Assembly: GCA_951406725.2 (NCBI GenBank)
Contig: OX597817.1
Span: 89,466,001 to 89,530,000, forward strand
Length of the DNA: 64,000 nt
Direction: 5' to 3'
DNA from: Octopus vulgaris
Lineage: Eukaryota
Shown: piece after piece, positions 28,521 through 43,751 of the stretch
Numbering within the stretch: position 1 is the stretch's first letter
How the letters are laid out: each line of letters starts with the position of its first letter
The notes under the pieces: generated by a model
The model's database searches: none
What the model was told of the DNA's origin: nothing
The model's input: the letters and a program-made list of their open reading frames with translations, nothing else
Program-made: the position numbers and the translations under genes

Positions 28521-29100
28521 TACTGCTGCTACTGCTGCTGGTGTTGTTGTTCGTGGTGGTGATGGTGGTGTAGTTGTGGCCACTTCCACCATTGCCACTC
28601 TCCACACCGCCATCACCGCCCTTCAGTTGTAGTATTATTTTCTCCGCTAAAATGCATTGTGTTCTGAACTGCGTTGCTATTACTAACACTACTACTACTA
28701 CTTCCACCGCTGTCTCCGCCACCGCCGCCACTGCTCTTGCCGCCGCTATCGCTCTACTACTTTGAACTTTTCCGACCTTCCTTTTCTCCTGTCCTTCTGT
28801 AATGTTATCAGTAACGGAGGGAAGAGAGGAGAAATCTTCAGCATTCAAAAAATTTTTTTTCAAGAGGGGTAGTTTTCTTCCTTAACTCTTCCAAGATGCT
28901 TTCTGCCATCTTGCTTATTTATATTGGATTAAAACGGCCACCGAATTTATTTGGGACCGAATACAGCCCCGCTAGAGGCTAAAGAAACACAGGAAACCTG
29001 TGACAGGTCTCTAGTGTTTCTATTAACAAACTGGAACAATATTTAAACGAAAAAAAGTCCACAAACGGATGTAAACTAAAGTAGTGAGAAATATAATAAC

Positions 29101-29147
<47 letters not shown>

Positions 29148-29628
29148 TAATAATAATTCTTTTTGTTGTATGCAGAAGACCTGAAAGTTTGTGGGAATTG
29201 GCTAGTAAATTTCATCGACTCAACTGTTACTAATGTTTTCGTTTATTATATATAAATTTCTTATATTGGCCACATCAGTCCAAGACGCTGAGGGCAGTTA
29301 AAAGACAAAAATAACAAGATGGTGATGAAGGAATTTACCTAACATATAGCAAAATCACCAACCTAGCAAGAAAGAATCAACAAAAGTGTGTGAGGGATGT
29401 ATAACAACATAGGGGAATTCCGGGGTATCTCCACTTTCAATCTCTGATAATCCAGACACACCAAAGGTCAAATCCACAGCCCCTAATTCTTACTACCAGC
29501 CTGCAGGTATATCGTTAATGTGCGTCTCTTTTGCTACGCCAGCTTCAGTACTGTAGGCACTTTTACTGTTACATTTACTGGAGAGAAGCACTTCTCTTTC
29601 TAGTCTCACTTTCCTCATGCTTGATATA

Positions 29629-29844
29629 CGAGGGGGTGCTGCAAAGTTCCTGGTTTTAAGGGTTTCGCGGAAGACCTGGTTGGAGGCTCAACCTTCTGAG
29701 TTCTTTTACAGGGATTAGGAAAAGCTAAAGGACTGCTGCAATAAGCGAGTGAATCTGAGAGGGGAATATGTTGAATGAAGTCGTAATTAACTGGTCTTCC
29801 TGGTCCTCTCATTACCCAAAGCCAGGAATTTTCAGCAACCCTTA
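29629..29844 (+). mobile_element. Mariner-type MITE
   Basis: TA|cgagggggtgctgcaaagttcctggttttaa … aaagccaggaattttcagcaaccctta|TA TIRs. Confidence 0.75.
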
Positions 29845-29883
29845 TAGTTCGGGTTGGCAATGCAGGGGTCGGTTTAAATGCAC

Positions 29884-30022
<139 letters not shown>

Positions 30023-31450
30023 GTGATAGATTGACAGAGAAGAAGTCTACCTAGATAATGCAGATTTTATCTCAATTTATTTCTCTTTGATGTGTATTTC
30101 TGATGTGCGTGCATGTGAGTGTGCACGCGTGCGTGTGAGTGTGCACGCGTGCGTGTGCGTGTGCGTGTATGTTAGGGCTAGTAAATTAGAATGTTCGGTA
30201 AATAACAAACATTTATTAATGAAAGGACTCAATAGTTTTAGTAGAGTGAAATGTATTATACGTATTAGGTTGAATAGGACATCAAAGATGAGGAGGAAAC
30301 CGATATAAGCGACACATGTAGTTCCGGTCAACCCATTATGTATTGTTATATATGCATGCACGCATACACTTACTCATACACAAAGACACAGAAACACACA
30401 CTCACACATACACGCACGCGCAATTACACATGCACATACTCTCTCACACACGCACACGCGCGCATACCCGTACACACGTACTATATTGAAGAAACTGATT
30501 AATTGATAATTTCATATTATTGGATTTTATCATTTTCTATCGCTCTTGCTCATTTACACACACACACGCACGCACACACTCACTTTCTATAAATGTACAT
30601 ACGTATCCTTATATATATATTTATGTGTGTGTGTGTGTACATACATATATATGTGCACACACACGTGTATACGGGTGCATGCGTGCGTGTGTGTCTATAT
30701 AAGTTATGTATTTTCTTGAATATCATACATAGACCAATCAACAAAAGGTTGCATATCGATCTATTCTGCCATGTTGATTTATTGACATTCTAGCCAAATC
30801 AGTAAGGCGACAGACATTTATCGATCTGTTCAGCCATGTGGGATTTTCAATAGAGACTGTCTATTGATGCAATGAAAATGTCGGTGAATAAATAGCGTCT
30901 CCTTTAGTCACGTGAGTAACTGAACCCAGGGGTTGGGAAGATTGTGGGCTAGCGGTTTCAACAGCTTAATGTTCAATAGTGATACGTGGATGAACACTAT
31001 ATTTCTCCGCCTCGATTAGATGCCAATCTATAGCTGATAAAGTGTCTTTGAAATTTTTATACTAACAATTCTGAGAGAAAACCGCAGTGGCTTTCTAGAA
31101 GCAAAATTCGCGAAAGACCAACAAAAAGCTGATTTCTTGCATAAGTCGTAAAATTCGATAAACTATGGTGACCTGGCAAAACGTGAACGAACCTGTGCAC
31201 ATATTTCATTGTGCATCATCAAAACCGTACGTCTACAAAGACATTTTTTTAGTACTCGCAACGGTACTAGAAAAACAGAGAGACTAGCCAGCTTGTCAGA
31301 AGTGGTGATGTTCATTCGGAAGTTCTTGGATGGCAGAGGTCACAGGTGGTGGCTTTTTTTTCAATGGTAAAGCTAGCTAAATTCTATAAATAAATAAATA
31401 ATAATCTGTTGAGTGTATATGAAAATAATAATAACGATGATGATGATGAT

Positions 31451-31514
<64 letters not shown>

Positions 31515-31574
31515 GCTGACACTGTAGTACATCTCCAGCATTAGAAGCATTGCAAAGGCAATAATAATAATAAT

Positions 31575-31990
31575 AATATTGTAAACCTGACATTGTTTTG
31601 GTGAACAGAAAAGAAAAAGCATAGCTGATAATCGACATAGCATATCCTGGTGACAACAGGATCGAAGAAAAAGAAGAAAAAATGAACAACTAAGGCGAAT
31701 TGGTGTGGGAAATACGCAGGCTGTGGGCAATGAAGAGAGTGGATGAGATGTCAGTGGTAAATGCCAGCAGCAATTGGCGCGCTTGGAGGTATTAGCACTC
31801 AACTACAAACGTGGCTCAAAAAGATTGGTACAAATGTAAAAATAGAGCACTTACAAAAATCAGATTTGTTTGTAACTGCAAGAGTTCTCTGCAGGATTCT
31901 TGAAGCATGATCAGTAAACAAGTGTCACCTTCGTTTGTTGGCTGTAGGAAGTTTCTATCATACCCAGCAAACTAAGCTGAGAGTTTTCAT
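31575..31990 (+). mobile_element. R4/Dong-like RLE LINE 3' end after (AAT)n
   Basis: CKPDIVLV…IIDIAYPGDNRIEEKE…IGALG…LQKSDLFVTARVL. Confidence 0.8.
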
Positions 31991-32049
31991 CCTCAAAAAA
32001 AAAAAAAAAAAAGAAAGAAAGAAAAGAAAAAGAAAGTAATGCTTTTTAC

Positions 32050-32258
32050 TATACGCACAAGGCATGAAATTTGGAGAAGAGGACTAATAAATTATCTCGA
32101 CCCCCAATACTTGGCTGGTATGTATTTCATCAACCCCGAAAGGATGAAAGGCGAAGTCGACTTCGGCAGCATTTGAACTCGGAACGAACTGATTTCGGTA
32201 CATTTTGAGCTCAGAGTGTAATGAGCCAGAAGCTAATGATTCTGACAGCTCGTCGCCT
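32050..32258 (-). mobile_element. SINE (family B), diverged
   Basis: ccccgaaaggatgaaaggcgaagtcgac…tttgaactc; homologous to 34630-34860. Confidence 0.75.
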
Positions 32259-32574
32259 TTCTTCCTGTAGATCGATCTGAGTGACGTAAAATGTGTTATG
32301 GTGTATCTAAATAATTTGAGCTGAAAAAACGGAACAATGAAAGAATTATATCCTGCGATCAACAGGCAGATTTGTCCAATTCCAGCAAAATCAAAATCAC
32401 CACAGTCCCCATTTTGACTTCATAGCAAGATCCATACCTGGACTCAAATTACATACATGCATTTATCGCAAATAGAAGCAGCTTCTTTTATCTTTGTTCC
32501 TTTTTTTTTCTTTAGGAAAATATCCTTCCCTACGTCGAAATGGGCGAGAGTGACCATCACCATCATCATTATTA

Positions 32575-32576
32575 TA

Positions 32577-32650
<74 letters not shown>

Positions 32651-32670
32651 TGATGATGATGATGATGATG

Positions 32671-32722
<52 letters not shown>

Positions 32723-32754
32723 TAATAATAATAATAATAATGATGATGATAGCA

Positions 32755-32824
<70 letters not shown>

Positions 32825-32826
32825 TG

Positions 32827-32874
<48 letters not shown>

Positions 32875-32893
32875 GTAATAATAATAATAATAA
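32575..32893. repeat. (AAT)n/(GAT)n microsatellite
   Basis: Direct reading. Confidence 0.95.
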
Positions 32894-34629
32894 CCATCGA
32901 GTATGAGATTGCAGACGGGAAAGTAGGAAATCGATAGTTGAAGAAACTCATTAGTAGTCTTATTTTTTTTTTTTTTTTACAATTATATCTTATTGGTGTT
33001 TCATAATTCCATACTGTTTATCTTTTAAATTTCTAACGCACAGTTTAACTGAAATGTTTAAAATTATTTTTAAATTGTATTAACTAGTTTTAATGTGTGA
33101 ATTTCCATACATTATTCACCCATTTTTTTTACTGAAATAATCATTTTTTAGAATATTCTATCAATATTACTTTTAGAGTAATTTCAAATATCATAATGGC
33201 TATTTTTAAGTTAACTATCTTTCTTCGATGTTATTCACTTACCCCTCCCCTACTTCTATCTCTCTCTCTCTCTCTCTCTTTCCCTCTCTCATTTCTCCTT
33301 TCCTCTTCATCTACTCTCCATATACTTTTGTCTGTATTTTTTGTGCTTCTTCGTTTATACTCTTTTTTATTTCCTTTTCCCTTCTTTTTTCATCTCCTCT
33401 TCACATTTCTCTTCACTTACACTGCGTTTTCTCTACCTCTTAATTTTTTTTCTCATTTTCTTTTCACCTCTTTCTTCCCTAACTATCTCATACTATCTCT
33501 CTATTCACCCTCCCTTCTTTTTCTTTCAGTCTGATCGATTTTTCTCTTTCCTTCACATCTACCTCATATGCCTATATACTCTTATTAATTTTCGCCGTCT
33601 CTTTTTCATTAATCTTATTCTTTTTTCTTTCATTTCCTATTCTTTCATTTTAAATTGCACACACATACATACAGTCTGTCTGTCTGTCTGCCTCCCATCA
33701 CTTTATCTCTCTCCCAATAACAAGATATAATGTTACCGTTTCGTTAGAACCGTTAGTTTCATCCAAAGAAATAAAATTTGAAACATTATCGAAATGGCGA
33801 ATAAAATATATCTACTAAGATTTTAAACTCTGAATTTTTCTTTAATTGTGGATTTTTACCACGAATTATTTGTATGTATGTATGTATGTATGTATGTATG
33901 TATGTATGTATGTATGTATGTATGTATGTATGTATGTATGTATGCATGTATGTATGCATGTATGTATGCATGTATGTAGGCATGCATGCATGTATGTATG
34001 TATGTATGTTTATATGTATATATATGTATGCGTTTATGTATGTATGTATGCATGTATGTATGCATGTATGTATGTATACATGCATACATACATGTATGTA
34101 TATTATTTACTATTAAGATGTCTGTCTATGTGTGGATGCATGCATGTATGTAAGAATGGATGAATGCAAGTGTGTATGCATACATGTGTATTTATGTATT
34201 CATTTTTTGAAATATTCCATCAATATTTCTTTTATAACCATTTCATTGTTATTTTAAAGTTAACCGTTTTCCTTGGATTTTTTTCATTTATTTTCTCTCT
34301 CTCCATTTTCTCCTTTCCTCAACTTGCATTTTATTATATACTATTCGTCTCTCTCTATCATTCTTTCTTTCCTTTTTCGTCTGTTTTCCCCTTTCTCCCC
34401 TTCAAAATATATTCAACAGGTATATCTTGATTAGTTCTGTAGCTGCGCACCTAATATGAAAAAAAGTTTAGCAGGCTCAAACCAAACAGGGAGGCAACCT
34501 GTTCTGCAAAAGTAACGTCACATACCTACCCGTTGGTAATAATAATAATAATAATAATAACCATCGAGTATGAGATTGCAGACGGGAAAGTAGGAAATCG
34601 ATAGTTGAAGAAACTCATTAGTAATCTAA

Positions 34630-34860
34630 AAGGCGGCGAGCTGGCAGAAACGTTAGCACGCTGGGCGAAATGCGTAGCCGTATTTCGTCTGCCGTTACGT
34701 TCTGGGTTCAAATTCCGCCGAGGTCGACTTTACCTTTCATCCTTTCGGGGTCGATAAATTAAGCACCAGTTACGCACTGGGGTCGATGTAATCGACTTAA
34801 TCCCTTTGTCTGTCCTTGTTTGTCCCCTCTGTGTTTAGCCCCTTGTGGGTAATAAAGAAA
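34630..34860 (+). mobile_element. tRNA-derived SINE (family B), full length
   Basis: ggcggcgagctggcaga…gggttcaaattcc head, aataaagaaa tail; 18-bp direct repeat at 34519-34536 and 34861-34878. Confidence 0.88.
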
Positions 34861-35729
34861 CACATACCTACCCGTTGGACCTTGTGATATAAATGCTATT
34901 GTGCACGAGATGATGGTAATGTCAAAGGACTCCAAAGGGATGGCGTAGGTCTAGAGTAACGATCGAGCAATGGAAGGCTCACTAAAAACCAGATTGAACA
35001 ACCAGAAGTCCTCATTTAAAATCCACGGAAGACATGACGCTACAGCGTTAGCACAAAACATATGGTTATTGAAGAAAAACTGCATTATTTAAAGTCAACT
35101 GGAGATTGCTAGAAAAGTGCAGACTACACGTCAACAGTGGGAAGTGTAAGAAAAAGAATATTTCTGGAGAATTTAATTCACCTTCATAAACTTTTAAACG
35201 AAGATTTTTTCTCCCCTCCCTTATCAACGGAATTACATTTTAGTTAATTGGTCAAGTCCAACCTTGTATTTAAGACTGGTCTTTGCCCCTTTTGGAGTTT
35301 TACCCCTCCTTCCTATATTCATCCGTTCTTTCATACTCTGACTCGTATTTTTCTCTTCTCCGCCATCCCAATAGCTCTTTATTCCTTACCCGCTTCTCTC
35401 ATAACAAACTCTCTTCCAGCCTTCGTTTCCCTACCTTTCTCCTTATCACTCTCCTTTCAATTCACTTCTTTCAATTTCTTGTTTTATAATCATAAGAGCT
35501 TTTTCTCACACCTAATACCACACATACATACATATAATACACTTCCATAAGCTGGCTATATACCACCACCTACTCATCCCCCTCCCGCTCTTTTTCATCT
35601 TTTCTCGTCACCTTTCACCCTACCCCATCCATTTACACACAAGTTGACAACCACTGTGTATGTATGTATTTGTATACAAACAGACACACACGTACCCACA
35701 CGCACACACACACAAATATATATATATAT

Positions 35730-35920
35730 TCTTTTATTCTTTTACTTGCTTCAGTCATTAGACTGTGGCCATGCTGGAGCACCGCCTTTAGTCGAACCAA
35801 TCGACCCCAAGACTTCTTCTTTGTAAGCGTAGTACTTATTCTATCAGTCTCTTTTACCGAACCGTTAAGTTACGGGGACGGGAACACACCAACATCGGTT
35901 GTCAAGCGATTGTAAGGCGA

Positions 35921-35995
<75 letters not shown>

Positions 35996-36145
35996 GACGG
36001 GCTTCTTTCAGTTTCCGTCTACCAAATCCATTCACAAGGCTTTGGTCAGCCCGAGGCTATAGTAGAAGACACTTGCCCAAGGTGCCACACAGTGGGACTG
36101 AACCCGGAACCTTGTGGTTGGTAAGCAAGCTACTCACCACACTGT
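35730..36145 (-). mobile_element. tRNA-derived SINE (family A) with internal (CA)n(TA)n
   Basis: Collinear with 43752-44166, 51602-51988, 55851-56305. Confidence 0.88.
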
Positions 36146-36369
36146 TATATATATATAAGTAAATTTCGAACGCGTGATAGCTGTAAAAACAGCCTAGAAA
36201 ATTAGGTAAATACTCTAAGAAGATAGAAAAAAATTGCCGGCAGGCGGCTATTGGGAATCGAACCCTGTATTTCTCAAAAATAGATATGGCCTGGAAAGGT
36301 TTAGGAAGGAATCTATTATACTATTCCATCGTATGGCTTTAAGAATTACTTTAGATATGAACTTTAGAA

Positions 36370-37190
36370 GTATCATTTTCTTAGAATTTCTTTAGGTCTA
36401 CATATCAGCAGTTTTTGTCCTCACCGTAAGCTTAATGAAATGTTATTCTATGTTAATAAAAGCTCCAACCAACCACCTGGGATCCTTAAGAATATAGCTC
36501 ATAATATAGGTAAGCAAATTTCTTTGTTGTTTGTTAACGAGACCGCCTTCACAACGGCCTAATCTTATTACAACGATGCTCTTAAAAGCATGTTCTCTGA
36601 GAAGATCTTGTATATGAGCACAACCATAAAATTAATACAAAGTATGAATATTCACGTATAAGAGTAAAATGTAAAAGTCATATACATAATGTCTATATGC
36701 ATAAATTCCGTATACATGAAACTACATGAACATACGTACATACACATGCACATACTCACTCACGCAAACATACACGCGCACGCATGCACACACACATATT
36801 AAGAAATAAAGTTGATAGTATAATGTTTGCCGTTATAAACAACTTAATTTAAAATTCTTCTTTAAGACATTCCTCGTTATCTTGTAACGAGCTGGTATTA
36901 AATGTTACATCAACATACTATAATGAAGCACTTAGAAGAAGTGGTTTCTATGAAAGAGCTAAATGCAACCCGGATGTGCGTATACCTTCCCTAGAGCATA
37001 GAAAGAGACACATCGATTGATTTAACCCAACATTCAGCCTACACGTTATTACTTCTATAGCTCAACTTTTCTTCAAACGCTTGCATATACAATTCCTACA
37101 CAACCATAAATACCACAACCGGCTAAACAAAAATAAGGTAAATATTCCAATACTATGATGTAAAAATTTTCTAAACTATTTCATAATATA
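36370..37190 (+). mobile_element. Penelope-like RT thumb-region relics (two pieces)
   Basis: PHRKLNEMLFYVNKSSNQPPGILKNI…YYNDALKS and SSLSCNE…YYNEALRRSGF…*FNPTFS…HKYHNRLNKNKV, resembling the SNHPP/WFNPP motifs of PLE RTs. Confidence 0.7.
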
Positions 37191-37267
37191 ACTTCTCAAA
37201 ACGAAAAACCCCAAATATTAATTTGTCCTGGTCAAGGAAATCGTCAAACAAAAGAAATCATCAAGAG

Positions 37268-37821
37268 CAGTGGTTCTTAACCGGGGTTAGTATGGCTCTT
37301 GGGGTTTCATATAAGATTTTGTTGTTAAAATCTATCTGCAATAAATTGGTTTCACTTCTACAATGCACAAAATACTTTGCCAATTTTGTTTATACAATAC
37401 CTAATATTTGATTATAAAAATATTTGTTTGTTCCTTCTCGAGCCACACCCGGCTCATAAGGGCCGGTTTCCCGGTTTCATTGGCGTATAGGTTCCCCACC
37501 TGGACGGGACGCCGGTCCGTCGCAAGATGCAGGAGGAAAGAGTGAGAGAAAGTTGTGGCGAAAGAGTCTGCAGAAGTTCGCCATTACCTTCTGCCGGAGC
37601 CGCGCGGAGCTTAGGTGTTTCGCTCATAAACGCACACACCACCCGGTCTGAGATTCGAACCTGCGATCCCTCGACCGCGAGTCCGCTGCTCTAACCACTG
37701 AGCCATGTACCTTCACTTATAAAAGTATAGGATTTTTTAATCATTGAATGACTACGGAGGTCCATCCGACTAAAATAAGAATGAAAGTGGTCCATAGGTA
37801 AAAAATGGTTGAAAAACACTG
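37268..37821. mobile_element. hAT/Charlie-like MITE interrupted by a SINE
   Basis: TIRs cagtggttcttaacc / ggttgaaaaacactg; decayed 8-bp flanks atcaagag / gtctaaag. Confidence 0.7.
37424..37715 (-). mobile_element. tRNA-derived SINE (family C)
   Basis: Minus head tggctcagtggttagagcagcggactcgcggtcgagggatcgcaggttcgaatc. Confidence 0.88.
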
Positions 37822-38884
37822 GTCTAAAGCAATACAGTAAATACCAATTCTTTCTCTCTCTGTTAAAGTTAGTGTCAGTCCCTTTAAAAGAAGACTTAGG
37901 AATCAGATAATTCCTTATAAGTTGCCGCTCCATCGTCTCATATTTCGCATTTGATATCTTCTGACACCTTTCAAATTTAAGGGAAAAAATCCTATCATAT
38001 GCTATGCATTACATTCAACCCTGTACTTCTGAGTCACACGAAATTTTTCCATACTACGATTACTTAATAGACATTGCTTAAGGTGTTTAGAACTTGGAAC
38101 TATTCTATATGGGTTACTTTTTGAAACGAGTAATTTCTACTCCTAAATACTAGTGCATATCCCTCCAAGTCTTTTGTAAACAATATATGCATCATGACTT
38201 CTAATCCTTACAACCTCTATTATTTATAAATTGTTAAGTTGCTCATCCTAATTTTTCCTCATATACCTTGTACTGACCTCATTGTTCGTGAATTATTGTT
38301 GCATTGATACTTGAAAAAGACTTATATCCTATATACACAGACACACACATATACACACACACCTACACACACATACACACACATACACACACATTGAAGT
38401 AGTCTTTGTATACTTTAAAATATCTGGCTTTCCATGTTTGAAGAAATGATATTGTATGTACCCTTCACAGACTTGAATATTTATCCGTGAAAGAAACTCT
38501 GAGTAACGCTGTCTTAAACTTTACACGCTATATTAATATATATATATCTACATGATTGTCTGTAGGGTAGATTTTCCTTGGGTGTGTATCTGATGTTTAA
38601 ATCTGGAGTGGTAACATCGTTCAAAATGTAGAGCGCAGTATTCCATTGTAGGCGTCACGTAGAAAATTGGAGCCTTTGCATGCTTGTTCAACCTTCTTGC
38701 TAGATCGCCCTTAAAATTACTCTTCTTTCTTACAAACATAAGGACCCATTAAACAATGTAGTCTAAACATACGAAAGACTTGATAGTCTTTGACTGGGCC
38801 AGGTGAAAGGCATTTGATGGGAGTTCGAAATCTTTGAAATAGCGATGAGTTGAATAAGTTAAATTACGCATACACACATGCATA

Positions 38885-39077
38885 CATATACTGACCGCAA
38901 AATCCACAGGTTTTTTTTTCTTTTTATTCTCTCTCTGATTATTTCATCGTGTTCCTTTCTGTTGAAGACCATAGGCTCGAAACGTAAAAGACTTTCTCCC
39001 CTTCCCGAGCGCCAAACTAATACACCTGCTTGTTGTTTATACACTTGTCTTCGTCTTTTGTTTTTTCTGTAAATTTC

Positions 39078-39080
<3 letters not shown>
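38885..39080 (+). repeat. Short HHR-like repeat family copy
   Basis: CTTT-CTGTTGA-A-GACC ATAG GCTC-GAAA-CG-TA-AAAG at 38955-38990; ends in (TA)n. Confidence 0.6.
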
Positions 39081-39128
<48 letters not shown>

Positions 39129-39438
39129 CAATTGCAGCGTGGAAAGTGCTTATAAGCCATTCAAAAACACACAAAAACCGTTAGATTCGCTTCAACATTT
39201 AAATTTAATTTGCCAAAATATTTTGGTCACTTTTGAGACCGCGACCTGTTCACTGACAAAATTCCGTGATGTAGCGACGAAAATATTTTGGCAAATTAAA
39301 ATTTAAATGTTGAAGCGAATCTAACGGTTTTGTGTGTGTGTGTGTTTAAATGGATTATAAACACTTTCCACGCTGCAATTGCTTTTGTTTCAGCACACGA
39401 TCTCAGATCAGGTCACTTGCTATGCAAATACATCTCTG

Positions 39439-39440
<2 letters not shown>
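39129..39440 (-). mobile_element. Fold-back element (~100-bp inverted arms) with G3-C8 HHR-like motif at 39209-39260
   Basis: 39129-39230 mirrors 39274-39381; (TA)n on both sides. Confidence 0.7.
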
Positions 39441-39484
<44 letters not shown>

Positions 39485-39493
39485 GCGCATATA

Positions 39494-39648
39494 CGAGGGT
39501 GTGCTAAAATGTTGCTACCTTTAAGGCTATTGTGAAAAGCCTGGTGGTAGGCCCAGTCTTCTGAATTCATTTACAGGGCCTGGAAAAACTGAAGAACCGC
39601 TGCAGTAATTGTGTGAATCTGAGAGGAGAATATATTGAATAAAATCAT
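39494..39648 (+). mobile_element. Mariner-type MITE, 3'-truncated
   Basis: TA|cgagggtgtgctaaaatgtt; body matches 29629-29780. Confidence 0.65.
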
Positions 39649-39940
39649 TATTTTCAATCACTACAATTGGTTCAATGCAACGTAGTTCTCCAGCCGTGCA
39701 GGTACTTGATTATGCAACCGTTTCCCTGCATTATGAGATCACCTTGATAAACTCAATGACTACTACTAAATTCAGGCCACGACAGACAAAAGATGTTCTT
39801 GAAGCCGAAAATTTGAACTTACAGAGACAATATTTACATATCGCCTGAGGAAACACAACTAGACCTCATAATGCAGGGAAAGTACTTGCACGCCTGGAGA
39901 ACTACGTAGCGTGGAGACAATTGTAGTGATAGAAAATAAA
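39648..39940. repeat. Imperfect inverted repeat (~90-bp arms)
   Basis: ttattttcaatcactacaattg…tttccctgcattatgag / ctcataatgcagggaaa…caattgtagtgatagaaaataa. Confidence 0.75.
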
Positions 39941-40173
39941 TATCCAACCGTACTCATTAATGGCTCCAATTTTTTTCAATTATCTATTCGCAACCTACAG
40001 ATGTCCAAACGCAAACTTGGAAGTACGTATGATACTACTACTGGATAGCAAAGCGTGAAATCTGAAGGTGGGCGAGTTTTATACTGTACACTACGATGTT
40101 CTTAACAGAATATACCAGAACTGTATATATATACACATACATACATACATACATACATACATACATACATACA

Positions 40174-40236
<63 letters not shown>

Positions 40237-40503
40237 CAACGTGGGGAAAGTACATACGCATGTTATGTTTATTCGTTACAAGTTAGGATTTATTCTGTCA
40301 CTACTCTCAGAGCTTCTTGCTTAATATGATCATGTAGGCGACAAAAGGATAAGAGTATATACATAAGTGTGTATGTGAATATGTTTGTGTTTGTGTGTGT
40401 GTATTAGTGTGTATGTACATTTAACTATATATCTATATCTATCCACAAACATACACACGCACACAGATACAAACACAGGCACGCATACACACACACACAC
40501 ACA

Positions 40504-40578
<75 letters not shown>

Positions 40579-41077
40579 CGTGGAACTGTTTCACCAAGTA
40601 GAAGAACACTCGATCAGCTAAGAGAGTAAAGATAATGTTATTATAAAGAAAAAACCCACAAATCTTTTAAAATACAGCTATCCAGGTTTTCCTGGTTGAA
40701 ATAATAATGATTTATTTCGCCATTTTGCAAGCTGAGAACGAGGCAATTTGTCAGTTGTCTTTTGAACAGATAACGTTTAAACAAATTCCGATTTTATCAA
40801 AACCTACACTATCTGAATAGCAGTCGTCGAAAATCTCATTAAAAATTACTCGTTTTTCTGAAAATTACGAGGAAACAAAATTCCGAATGGAGAGGACATT
40901 TTTGTCGGTACACCTACTATAAATCATGAACTATGTCTTTAAGGAAACTCAACATTGTATTTGTTCCGGCAACTTCTGTAACAACACTGGTGCTAAGTTG
41001 TATCCGTCCTGGTTCTTCCTTGACAACATTTTTTTAGACGAGGAAATCCTGGCTACTGGTATTTAACAAGATTCGTG

Positions 41078-42845
<1,768 letters not shown>

Positions 42846-42861
42846 ATATATATATATATAA

Positions 42862-43240
42862 CTAATATAGGATAAAATTTTTCGAAAAAAATTTTATCAA
42901 TGGCCAGCATATTAAAAAATACATTTAAAGGTTAAATTTATAAACAACTTATAAACAAGGGCAAAAGAAAAAATGTTTAATGCCAAATATGCCGAAACTA
43001 GACACATCGTTCATAACCATATAATTCATAACTGTAAGCACGCGTCTCGAAGAAAGCCGACAGAAATTTCTCAAAAATTCCGTTATTACCATATCGGACC
43101 CGATTTCAGAGTTAATTCATAAGAACCTTCTCTTCGAGACGCGTGCTTATAGTGATGAATTATATGGTTATGGACGATGTGTCTAGTTTCGGCATATTTG
43201 GCATTAGAAATTTTCTCTTTTGCCCTTGTTTATAAGTTGT
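42862..43240. repeat. Fold-back element (~110-bp inverted arms) between (TA)n tracts
   Basis: 42945-43053 mirrors 43131-43240; no intact HHR core found. Confidence 0.75.
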
Positions 43241-43282
43241 ATATATATATAGATATATGTACATGTGTGTGTGCATGTGCGT

Positions 43283-43340
<58 letters not shown>

Positions 43341-43571
43341 AAGATCCAAGGATCGAGGAGTAGGAAGAAAGTTAGCTTCAAGCAATCCGTAGTAAATATA
43401 AAAACAACTTTCGGTAATTATACTGGTTTATGGAGGCGGAAGATTTTGGATTTTTTTCGTATCGAAGTGCGATAAGCTGAAAAACGTTTTATTTATATTT
43501 CACGGTAGGCAATGAGGTTTGCCGGGTATGCGAATAAGAATACAAGCGTTAAGGAATGAAGTAGATAAGAT

Positions 43572-43661
43572 CCGAGCTACATATGTTTCATAGCAAACGG
43601 AACCTCGGAAGTGATAAATATCCAAGCGAGGTTTATACTTTAGGCTGTACGTCAGGCCAAG
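43572..43661 (-). ncRNA. Type I hammerhead ribozyme (A9U-mutated, long stem II)
   Basis: Minus: CTTGGC-CTGACGT-ACAGC..AACCTCG..CGAGGTT..GCTAT-GAAA-CATATG-TA-GCTCGG. Confidence 0.65.
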
Positions 43662-43708
43662 GGTATCTTGATTAAAAGAAGTTCACATTATCGCGAGGTA
43701 CATGAAAT

Positions 43709-43751
<43 letters not shown>

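Noticed and set aside
38434-38509. TTGAAGA…GAAACTCTGAGTA, same stem III as 60051 relic
   Set aside because: Base of stem II does not pair; at most a heavily decayed relic
38548-38830. Possible CR1/Jockey RT scraps (PTMEYC; also 63790-64000)
   Set aside because: Too short and decayed to classify by eye
39841-39890. CTGAGGA…GAAAGTACTT
   Set aside because: Stem II and stem I cannot be formed; GAAA context arises from a deletion relative to the other arm
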